Shown: in pieces, positions 16,492-23,954 of the stretch
Numbering within the stretch: position 1 is the first letter of the stretch
Layout of the letters: each line of letters begins with the position of its first letter
Assembly (NCBI GenBank): GCA_041736305.1
Contig: JBGSTX010000287.1
Coordinates: 1-23,954, forward strand
Direction: 5' to 3'
DNA from: Oligoflexus sp.
GTDB lineage: Bacteria; Bdellovibrionota_B; Oligoflexia; Oligoflexales; Oligoflexaceae
DNA: 23,954 nt
Program-made: the position numbers and the translations under genes
The notes under the pieces: generated by a model
Told to the model about the DNA's origin: nothing
Database searches by the model: none
Seen by the model: only the letters and a program-made list of their open reading frames with translations

Positions 16492-18345
16492 TCAACCGTT
16501 GGATGTAGTAGCTTTATTCGTCTGCTCGAGCTCGCCTTTAGCTTGCTTGGCGAGTGCAGCAGCGCGTTTGTCTTTGGGGTCAGCTTCGAGGATGCGGAGC
16601 ATCAGCTTCAAGCATTCAGCGTAGAAACCGCGCTTGTACTGTATCCCACCCAGAGTGAAGATGAAGTTATAGTCGTTCGGATGGATCTCGAGGTAACGGC
16701 GGATAACCCGCTCAGCTTCGCTGTAGAGTCCGGCCTCATAGGCGAGGCGAACCATGGAATACAGAGCCGCTTGATTCTCGGGATTGATGCCCAGAGCCTT
16801 GATGATCCAACGCGAAGCTTCTTTGTACTCATTCATGCCCTGGAAGGCGAGGCCGAGTCCGAAGTTAGCCATTTCGTCATCGGGAGCGAGACTGACCGCT
16901 TTTTGGAAGTGAAGGACCCCAATATCGAAACCGCTCTTCATCAATCCAAGGGTCCCGAGGCCGATGTACACCTTGGCCAGATAAGGATCAAGTTCAGCAG
17001 CTTGCATATAGGCGTCTTTGGAGGCTTCGATATCGCCGAGCTTGGCAAAGCAGTCGCCTACCAGACGATAGAGGTTCGCGCGGTGGTGGACAGGAACCTT
17101 CTCCATCCGGAAGACGGATTCAATAAGATCGACCGCTTCAAGGTACTGCTTGCTGCGCACTTTGGCTTCGATTTCCAGCACGCGATGGTCGAGGCTGCTC
17201 TGATCTTCGCTGCTGTTCGAGCTGGCAAAATTTTCGATGATGCTTATCATGCTCGCAAGCGCTCGTTCAGACGTGAAGCGCTTCTGAGCCTCGATCTTAT
17301 TCTTTTCGACGATGTCCTGGACTAAGCTGGGCGCCCCGCGCATTTTCTGGAGCGCCTTAGCGAGGCTGAGTGGTGAAGAGGGGCAGAAGTCGATGCGATG
17401 TTTGCCGCAGTATTCTTCAACCAGCGCGTGCCGCGCCGCGACGATGGGAATGCCATTGATCATGGCGCTGACGAGGCGATAAGGATCGCCTTCGATACGA
17501 TCATGGGAGGCTATCGGTGCACAGTAAAGAGCATCACACGCCTGCTGGATCATGAGCGTTGCGTCGCGAGTTGGAGCGTAATAGTGGGAAACGGAGTCGA
17601 TTCCCATATTCACAAAAAGATCGCGTAGTTCGGTCGAGTATGAACCAACGCCGCAGAAGATCAGGCGAAGTTTGCTCTTGAGTCCAGCATCGCGCATGAG
17701 CATGAGCTTGGCGGCCGAAGCGAGGTCGGCTAGGCTTTCTTCCCACTCGATCTGTCCCAAGTAAGCGATCACAAAATCGCCGTCCTGCAGTCCGAGGGCC
17801 GCACGCGCTGCGGAGCGGGCCTTAGGGCTGCGATCGGTGCGAGCTTCTACCCAGGGGGTCAGTTGGTAGATGCGCTCAGATTCGACGCCTTCCATCTGCA
17901 GCGTGAGCGCAGCAGCTTTAGACTGGACAATAAAAGCGTCTGCTGCATTAGTAAGCTCGGTCCGGATGGTCCGCATCTGATCGATGTCATTGGCCGGAAA
18001 GGGCACGAGGTTATCGATCCAGAGGATCAGGCGGAACTTGTGTCGCCACTTGGCTTTGAGAGCTTGATAAGAATAGAGGCCGAGACGCTCTTTGACGATG
18101 ACGATGTCAAAGCCTTCGAGAACTCGCTCGAGACTCGGCAAGAAGGTCGGGTTCTCGTCGTGATCCTTGAGGAGGATGCAGGTCAGCCCTTGAAAGTAGC
18201 TGTTCTGCGTAAGGTAGCCGCAAATCGATTCCGAACTGATCACCTGCACTTCGCATTGGTCTGCAAGAAGGCGAAATTGATCGACTTCCTCGACGCTGGG
18301 CAAACTTCCCAGGACAAAGGCTACCTTCTTCTTTTCCTCACCCAT
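16492..18345 (-). CDS. GT-B (GT4-like) glycosyltransferase domain fused to C-terminal TPR repeats
   Basis: R.ALGL.DGDFVIAYLG, LIFCGVG, Q.CDAL..P and EG....SAM.NGIPIVA, followed by about 6 TPRs (A.DAYMQAAELDP, HFQKAVSLAPDD, KALGINPEN, YLEIHPND, ILEADPKD). RBS GGAGGT. Confidence 0.85.
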   Translation of the reverse strand: MGEEKKKVAFVLGSLPSVEEVDQFRLLADQCEVQVISSESICGYLTQNSYFQGLTCILLKDHDENPTFLPSLERVLEGFDIVIVKERLGLYSYQALKAKWRHKFRLILWIDNLVPFPANDIDQMRTIRTELTNAADAFIVQSKAAALTLQMEGVESERIYQLTPWVEARTDRSPKARSAARAALGLQDGDFVIAYLGQIEWEESLADLASAAKLMLMRDAGLKSKLRLIFCGVGSYSTELRDLFVNMGIDSVSHYYAPTRDATLMIQQACDALYCAPIASHDRIEGDPYRLVSAMINGIPIVAARHALVEEYCGKHRIDFCPSSPLSLAKALQKMRGAPSLVQDIVEKNKIEAQKRFTSERALASMISIIENFASSNSSEDQSSLDHRVLEIEAKVRSKQYLEAVDLIESVFRMEKVPVHHRANLYRLVGDCFAKLGDIEASKDAYMQAAELDPYLAKVYIGLGTLGLMKSGFDIGVLHFQKAVSLAPDDEMANFGLGLAFQGMNEYKEASRWIIKALGINPENQAALYSMVRLAYEAGLYSEAERVIRRYLEIHPNDYNFIFTLGGIQYKRGFYAECLKLMLRILEADPKDKRAAALAKQAKGELEQTNKATTSNG

Positions 18346-18377
18346 CGAACCTTACCTCCGGCCTTGTAATGCAAGAT

Positions 18378-18752
18378 TCAAACAGTCTCTACGAAGCCTG
18401 TCGGATTTTGCCCACCTGAATGAAACTTATTGAGAGTCGCTTTATGATTCCGAATACGAACGAGTTGCTTCTGCAGCTTGTCCTTATGCAGCTCAATACC
18501 CTCTTCCAGCGCACGGTCTGCAGTCTCCGCTTCTTGCCACAGGTCCTGCCAGGTTTTAGCGTGCAGGTAGCCCGGCCGGAGCTGTTCGAGCTTATGGTCC
18601 ATAGCTCGAAAATGATGGAACGCTGCTTTTTTCCAGCGCATGGCCTTATCAAAGCCATCCCAGTCGCTAGTCTCGAGAGCCTTTAAGGCCCTAAGTCCGC
18701 GCGCGATATATGCTTTGAGCATTTGCTCCTGTCGCAGGAACTGCTGATCCAT
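18378..18752 (-). CDS. FliT-like helical protein (putative flagellar export chaperone)
   Basis: 124-aa all-helical protein with the pattern AL...DWD.F......K...F...L...D..L...I......L.KQL..IR..K.....F, like the FliT/FlgN family. ATG 18752 with GGGAG RBS. Confidence 0.55.
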   Translation of the reverse strand: MDQQFLRQEQMLKAYIARGLRALKALETSDWDGFDKAMRWKKAAFHHFRAMDHKLEQLRPGYLHAKTWQDLWQEAETADRALEEGIELHKDKLQKQLVRIRNHKATLNKFHSGGQNPTGFVETV

Positions 18753-18779
18753 GCGAGCTCCCAAGCCGTGTGTACTCTT

Positions 18780-18809
18780 ATTTTAAGTGAGTGTTTCTTT
18801 AAGTGTCAA
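18780..18809 (-). promoter_or_regulatory. Near-consensus sigma70 promoter for the fliT-like/GT-TPR operon
   Basis: Minus strand TTGACA-N18-TAAAAT, 27 nt upstream of ATG 18752. Confidence 0.6.
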
Positions 18810-18850
18810 CGTTGACGGCAATTTGACGCTCGATTGCTTGGATAGGATCC

Positions 18851-18874
18851 GACGGTTTTCGATGGAAAACCGCC
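18851..18874 (-). terminator. Hairpin downstream of gspN
   Basis: Minus strand GGCGGTTTTC-CATC-GAAAACCGTC with no U-tract. Confidence 0.4.
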
Positions 18875-18887
18875 GTGGGCGCTCGTT

Positions 18888-19850
18888 TCAGCCACCTTGG
18901 AAATTCGGTTTATCCATCGTGCCGTTGATCTGATATTTCAGCTGGCCCTCGGATCCACCGACGACGCTGAGGATAAATCCAAAATTATCCTTCAACGAAC
19001 CCTCTAGAGTCAGAGCGAGCCCTAGATCGAGCAAGGAGCTGGCGATCGGGTTGCGGAGGACGCTAGAGCCTTTGAGGTCGATCTTCATCTCCTGGCTTTC
19101 CAGACCCGACTTATTATCGATGGAGAGCTTACCGCCTTGCAAGTCGGCCTTGATCAAAGCCTTTTTAAAGGTTTGTCGGGCCACGACCAAATTGGGGTTG
19201 GTCAGATCTAGAGTCGCCTTCTGCAGCTGCAGCTCGACGTTGCCAGTCGACTGGATGGGTTCATCGATGGCCAACTTGATTTTACTTTGGCCGGTAAGGT
19301 TACCCTGGAAAGCGATTTGGGTCATGAGGTCTTTGACCATATCGTTAGCCGTGCGCGAAGCGTTATAGATAAGCATATTCACGAGCCCCCCAATCTCAAA
19401 GTTTTTGGCTTCGAGTTCGATGCGGGACGGCACGAAATTCTTGTCGAAGGCGAGCTGCCAGATGCTCCAGGAGGCCTGCGCATCGAGGCTGCCTTGGTTC
19501 TTGCTGATCAGCTCGAGATTGACAGTCGCCCGGCCTATAAGCAAGTTCAGGATAGAGATCGTGGCATCTATACTCTCGAGTTCCATCTGGGCGACCCCGT
19601 CTGGAGAGGATATTTTGATGCCGGATGCGTCGGCTCCGACCAAGAACGAAGGACCCATTTCCTGAACGCGAATGGTAAAACCACTCGCCTGGGAAACCTC
19701 GGAAATAATCGCCTCTTTCAGTACCCCATAAGGAAAGGTGAAGAAAAAGAACACGAGAAAAGTAAGCAAAAACAGGAGGGCATACCAGGCTATGTGCACG
19801 AACTTACGTTCCTGTGGTTCCTGTGCCGGCTCTTCCAAAAGTTCGCTCAC
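18888..19850 (-). CDS. gspN: Type II secretion system protein GspN (deltaproteobacterial type)
   Basis: N-terminal TM ending FFFTFPY..L, a long beta-taco-like domain and C-terminal INGTMDKP. Last gene after gspJKLM. Confidence 0.82.
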   Translation of the reverse strand: MSELLEEPAQEPQERKFVHIAWYALLFLLTFLVFFFFTFPYGVLKEAIISEVSQASGFTIRVQEMGPSFLVGADASGIKISSPDGVAQMELESIDATISILNLLIGRATVNLELISKNQGSLDAQASWSIWQLAFDKNFVPSRIELEAKNFEIGGLVNMLIYNASRTANDMVKDLMTQIAFQGNLTGQSKIKLAIDEPIQSTGNVELQLQKATLDLTNPNLVVARQTFKKALIKADLQGGKLSIDNKSGLESQEMKIDLKGSSVLRNPIASSLLDLGLALTLEGSLKDNFGFILSVVGGSEGQLKYQINGTMDKPNFQGG

Positions 19851-19853
19851 TGA

Positions 19854-20513
19854 TCAGCCTCCCCCAACCTTATAGCCTACAACTTTGGCGCTTGTTTCGA
19901 AAAATAGCCGGTCCCCGTAGCGGGTCCGCACCTGTAGACTGTGAATGTTGAGGTTTGCGTTGGACTTTTCGACTTCTTCGACAAACTTCAGCAGGCGGGG
20001 CAGCGATACCTTCGGCAGTTTGAACTCCACCGACACGTAGCGAAAGTCCTGAGCAAGAGGACTTTCCGCGGGTATATCAGAATCCTGCGAACGCAAGTCG
20101 ACTATCTGCACGCCGACCTGATTGGCCTTGCTTTCGAAGAAAGGCTTGGCTTTGAAGTCGGCGGCGTTGCGACCGACGATCGTTTTCAACTCCTGGTAAC
20201 GGCGAAGCTCCTGATCGTAGGTCGAGGTGAGGTTTCTCACTTCCTGGAGAGCGTCGAAGCTAGCGTTAAGCTCGTCTTCCAAAGCGTTGATGCGGGAAAA
20301 ATAGACGATAAAAGCACCTAGCACAAAGATGAGCAGCACGCCTGCAGCTCCGCCCATCGCCGCCGTCTGGTGCTGAGGTGTGAGCTTATAGAAGCTGTCC
20401 ATCAAGAAATCGATACGCTCATTGTTGACGCCGAAGATGCTGCGACGCACCTGCTCGACCGCCCGGGCGATACTCGATTGGATTTGGTCTCGGATATTCA
20501 GGAGCGCACTCAT
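19854..20513 (-). CDS. gspM: Type II secretion system protein GspM-like
   Basis: F.KLT...Q before a single TM, a coiled coil and a ferredoxin-like C-domain (VEFKLPKVSLPRLLKFVEEVE...L.I.SLQV). ATGA overlap with gspL. Confidence 0.75.
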   Translation of the reverse strand: MSALLNIRDQIQSSIARAVEQVRRSIFGVNNERIDFLMDSFYKLTPQHQTAAMGGAAGVLLIFVLGAFIVYFSRINALEDELNASFDALQEVRNLTSTYDQELRRYQELKTIVGRNAADFKAKPFFESKANQVGVQIVDLRSQDSDIPAESPLAQDFRYVSVEFKLPKVSLPRLLKFVEEVEKSNANLNIHSLQVRTRYGDRLFFETSAKVVGYKVGGG

Positions 20514-22183
20514 AAGGCTGTAGCCTCGCTGTTAGGATGGACGTAGTTGGCTTGAATGGTGAATTCGATCACTTTACCGTCGGATCCAGGCTTGGTGCCG
20601 GAATTCTTTTCTTCCACGCCCTGGAGGCTCTTGGTCTTGCCTAGAGCTTCAATGATAGACGACTGTGAGGCGAAGTTGTCAGTCTCAGCTCTGAGGACGA
20701 TTTTTCCTTGCCCCGGATCGGTCGATTTGAAGTCAAACTCGGTGACATCTATTTTGACATTTTTAGGAATGGCCTCACTGATTTCCTTCATCACGCGGAG
20801 GGCTCCACTCTCGCTCGTCGCCAGCATGAACTCTGAGACGGCCAACTTCTTATCCCTGATGCCCTGTTTCAGCTGTTTTTCAGCGTCAGTGCGCACCTTC
20901 TTGAAGGTCACGTCTTTGCCCGCGTACTTTTTCTTCGCCTCGGGGAAAGCCGAGGTATACTCCTGAATGTACTGCTCTTTCACCTTATTGATCTGCTTAT
21001 TATAAAAGTAGTACTTCACGATATAGGTGAACATCAGGAGCACCAGGACCAACGAAATCACCTTGAAGGACTTGGCGACCGCCTTCATGATGCTTTCGTA
21101 GTTTTGAACGTAAGCAAATTCGTCTCGTCTGAGATTGATTTGCGAGTGCTTCTTGAGATTGGTTACAGCGCGCAGCCCGATCGCGAGACTCTGCGGGAGA
21201 ATTTCCTGGCGATCAGCCAACGCACCGCTGATGATGACGTTGGTTTTCGCCAAATCGAACTTCTCCACTTTCATTTCGAGCTGCTCGCCCAGAAACTGCT
21301 CGAAACCCCATATTTTAGAGGTTCCTCCGGTGATGATTACCCGGCCGATAGGTTCCTTGTCCCAAGTCTTGAATGCATAGAAGGTACGGCCCAACTCTTT
21401 AACGATCGCGTTGGCAGCCATGGTCATACCGTCTGCAACGCGGCGGTGCAGAGGATCGAGTTCTTCCCCTTGATAGCCGCTGTGAATCACGCGGCTGACC
21501 GCATGCTTGGCTCTCTGCGCCTCGTGAAAGCTGCATTCGAGATCGCGAGCGAGAAAGTCGGTGATGTAGCGACCACCGAGGTTGATCGAACGGAACATGC
21601 GGAGCACACCGCCCTTGATAATACACACGGAGGTTTTCTCGTTGCCGATATCGACTAGCGCGTAGCACTCATCTTCGGGCAGAGTGAGAGTCGGGCAGAG
21701 GTTATAAAAAGCCAGACTGTCGACGTCGACCAGTTTGGGGTCGATGTTCACCCGACTGAGCAGATCGAGAAAGTTTCTCAGAAAGGCCTTACGCGTCATG
21801 ACCGCAAGGGCCATGGTCTTGCCCTTGGCCGTACCGAGAATTTGATGGTCGACGACCATGTCGTCCATGTTGAAGGGTACGTACTCCTCCAACTCGACGG
21901 CTATGCTAGCTGCGACCTTGCGCGGATCGCTGAAGGTAAAAGGGATAACCCGCGACGAGATAAACTGGCCTGGCATGGCCGTTATAATCCGATCAGCGGT
22001 CAAGTTGTGCTCGTAGAAAAGCTGCTCCATGCAAATCGGGACGATTGCATCGAGGGGAACCCCTTCAAGATTCGGAATCACCGTCTCATAGAAGTTGACC
22101 ACTTCATAAGATTTGAAGGTGTTCACGATCTCGATTGCCTTGATGGAGTAGCTGCCTATATCGAGGCCTATCACTTTCTGCAT
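20510..22183 (-). CDS. gspL: Type II secretion system protein GspL (PilM-like actin-fold domain, TM, PilN/GspL periplasmic domain)
   Basis: IGLDIGSYSIK, E.VPF, LVDIGNEKT, GGRYIT, IITGGTSKI, INLRR.EF and a TM segment. Lies between gspK and gspM. Confidence 0.82.
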   Translation of the reverse strand: MQKVIGLDIGSYSIKAIEIVNTFKSYEVVNFYETVIPNLEGVPLDAIVPICMEQLFYEHNLTADRIITAMPGQFISSRVIPFTFSDPRKVAASIAVELEEYVPFNMDDMVVDHQILGTAKGKTMALAVMTRKAFLRNFLDLLSRVNIDPKLVDVDSLAFYNLCPTLTLPEDECYALVDIGNEKTSVCIIKGGVLRMFRSINLGGRYITDFLARDLECSFHEAQRAKHAVSRVIHSGYQGEELDPLHRRVADGMTMAANAIVKELGRTFYAFKTWDKEPIGRVIITGGTSKIWGFEQFLGEQLEMKVEKFDLAKTNVIISGALADRQEILPQSLAIGLRAVTNLKKHSQINLRRDEFAYVQNYESIMKAVAKSFKVISLVLVLLMFTYIVKYYFYNKQINKVKEQYIQEYTSAFPEAKKKYAGKDVTFKKVRTDAEKQLKQGIRDKKLAVSEFMLATSESGALRVMKEISEAIPKNVKIDVTEFDFKSTDPGQGKIVLRAETDNFASQSSIIEALGKTKSLQGVEEKNSGTKPGSDGKVIEFTIQANYVHPNSEATAL

Positions 22184-22286
22184 ATGGGCGTTCCGTCCTA
22201 GTGGTCAGCAACTTTTGAGATCTGGTCGGCTTTTTATCAGCCCACCAAGCGAAAATCGACCTGCCAACGATCCTGCTCAATCTATT

Positions 22287-23507
22287 TTACAACATCTTCC
22301 AGTAAAGGTATTTGTAGGCAGACTTGTACTGGTTCTTAGTGTCCTGGTCATCAGGTAGCCGTCGGGCCACTACCATCTCCATGCGCTTATTCTGTCCCCC
22401 CGACGAACCTTCGACTGTCACCCGATAGGTATCCGAGCGGTAAGTGAAACTCTTGCTCGCTTCGCCTTCAGCACAAAAGGTCTCCTGGAGCATCTGCTGC
22501 ACACCCTGGGACGATGTGGCGGCTTCGGCTTCCGTGCGTTTATCAATATACAGCGCGGATTTTTCTGCGCAATCAGTCACAGCTTTTGGAAACAAACAAT
22601 TCAGCAGTTCGCGGGGTGCCGTATTGAAATTGATGGCGAACTGCGACTTTTGCAATTCCTTGTAAGGTATGGGGTAGACCGTCAGATAGGGCGCGAAGAT
22701 CGTTGCAATGTCGACGTCCCAGCCGGCTACGGCGTGGAGTTCGTCCATGGTATCCAGAGGAGCATTTTTGGGTTGAACTTTGGGTATACGCTCCGCATAA
22801 GGGTCGCTCTCACTGCCCTTTCCGGCCAGTTCGCTGGGATTCTGATTATCGTCGACCCAATCTTCTAGATTTCCGACCAACTCGTCAGGATTGACTTTTC
22901 TGTCATCAAGATAGCTTTTTTCGGCGGGGCAACTCATCATGGCCTTGAGAAAAATCTGGCAAACCTTGCGCTGATTCCGATTTCTGTCACCGCAGAAATT
23001 GAGGTTGATGCGCGAGCTTTCATCGCTGATGTTGATCGTAAAGGAGCCTTCAAACAACTTCAACTGATCCAATACCTTGCTATCGGCGACCTTACTGAGA
23101 TCGAAAGTTTCCTGCATGGCGCCCATCATTTCTAAAGTCTCACCACCGATCGGGAGGCCGTTCAGCTGGGCCCAGATATCACTGGTACTGTCGGAAACCT
23201 GAGCGTTCGGCCCGCCCAGCTCGGCCATCGTCAGGTCAACCGCGAGGTCGACGCTGAGGAGGAAGGTGGCAAGATTAGCTCCCGACTTGGCGATGTATTC
23301 AGCCTTGACGTTGTCGCGGTTAGCGATCGCCATTTCCGATTGGACGACGGCGCTAACCTGCATATCAGCCATGAAAAGTGCCATGACCGCGATCATGAAC
23401 AGGGAAATGATCATCGCGATGCCGCGACGCCCATTGTCCTCCGGCTTTTGGCCAGTTTCTGGTTCACCGACTGGAAATCCGCAGATGGTTCGGGGTAGCC
23501 TCTTCAC
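22287..23507 (-). CDS. gspK: Type II secretion system minor pseudopilin GspK
   Basis: Prepilin site RRG|IAMIISL lacking Glu5, A.YIAKSG, ISDESSRINLN, DWVDDN, PKNAPLDT.DEL..V.G, PYLTVY, INFNTAP.ELL. GTG start with GAGGAG. Confidence 0.92.
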   Translation of the reverse strand: MKRLPRTICGFPVGEPETGQKPEDNGRRGIAMIISLFMIAVMALFMADMQVSAVVQSEMAIANRDNVKAEYIAKSGANLATFLLSVDLAVDLTMAELGGPNAQVSDSTSDIWAQLNGLPIGGETLEMMGAMQETFDLSKVADSKVLDQLKLFEGSFTINISDESSRINLNFCGDRNRNQRKVCQIFLKAMMSCPAEKSYLDDRKVNPDELVGNLEDWVDDNQNPSELAGKGSESDPYAERIPKVQPKNAPLDTMDELHAVAGWDVDIATIFAPYLTVYPIPYKELQKSQFAINFNTAPRELLNCLFPKAVTDCAEKSALYIDKRTEAEAATSSQGVQQMLQETFCAEGEASKSFTYRSDTYRVTVEGSSGGQNKRMEMVVARRLPDDQDTKNQYKSAYKYLYWKML

Positions 23508-23519
23508 TTCAGCTCCTCA

Positions 23520-23954
23520 TCAGAAGTAGCGTATCGATTTCATAGGCTCGCGTGGCTCGCGATTTTGCACGGCGCGCGGTAGAAAGACTACTGTTCGCAG
23601 AAAAGCCGTCTGGCTGTTCTCGTCCAGTACCTTGCCTTCTTCTTCGTCTTGGGTATAGGCTTCGATTTCGATCTGCACCATGCGTGGCATCATATTCCGC
23701 CAGTCCGTTTTATTGCTGTTCCAGTCCTCGCGCCAGGCATCGCCATTCCAGGCCATCAGCTTGAGCGATTTGATGTTGCGCGCCAGAATCTGCATGGGAA
23801 TCTCTTCATCAAAATTCTGCGGAATCACCTTATTATTACCACGATAGAGGTTGGACGCTCCGGTCAGGTTCTCTCTTTCAACCTTGTAGACGACGAAAGT
23901 TTGATCGCTCTCTCCCGACTTCGCGGTAATGGGCTGGTGGCTGTTGGTCGTTAG
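23520..23954 (-). CDS. gspJ: Type II secretion system minor pseudopilin GspJ (3' part, truncated by the window)
   Basis: The frame is open from the window end: ..TNSHQPITAKSGESDQTFVVY...LARNIKSLKL..WNGDAWREDWNS....MPRMVQIEIE. Directly upstream of gspK. Confidence 0.85.
   Translation of the reverse strand, partial: LTTNSHQPITAKSGESDQTFVVYKVERENLTGASNLYRGNNKVIPQNFDEEIPMQILARNIKSLKLMAWNGDAWREDWNSNKTDWRNMMPRMVQIEIEAYTQDEEEGKVLDENSQTAFLRTVVFLPRAVQNREPREPMKSIRYF

Noticed and set aside
16219..17325. 368-aa plus-strand ORF
   Set aside because: Antisense to the TPR region of the GT-TPR gene with no protein-like motifs.
1..23954. CRISPR arrays, tRNA/rRNA genes, prophage or IS elements
   Set aside because: No regularly spaced repeats, cloverleaf motifs, integrase or transposase seen by eye. 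Not confirmed computationally.

Overview
Bacterial chromosomal segment of about 53% GC (estimated by eye). The gene set suggests a Bdellovibrionota/Oligoflexia-like or other former 'Deltaproteobacteria' genome (inference from an spdEFG1-type EF-G and a gspJKLMN T2SS whose GspL is PilM-like). In order: the 3' end of a probable outer-membrane beta-barrel gene; a divergent ribose-phosphate pyrophosphokinase (prs); and a tightly coupled accessory type II FAS-like cassette (FabL-like ER, FabZ-like DH, FabF-like KS, an ACP with an NS motif, an HX4D acyltransferase and a PPTase). Next come a 59-aa CPXCG zinc-ribbon gene missing from the ORF track, a HelD-like ATPase, a DUF3047-like secreted protein and a cysteine synthase. 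A ~480-bp intergenic region holds a ~170-nt rod-shaped inverted-repeat structure and a sigma54-like promoter. It is followed by two convergent envelope hypotheticals, a stand-alone fusA with terminator, and a 60-aa ORF behind a sigma28-like promoter. A probable flagellar accessory trio (FliT-like protein, degenerate GT-B plus TPR protein, hypothetical) and the distal T2SS operon end the window. No CRISPR array, tRNA, rRNA or intact mobile element was seen. Best leads: the intergenic structured-RNA candidate, the acyl-lipid cassette and the motif-degenerate GT-TPR flagellar module.
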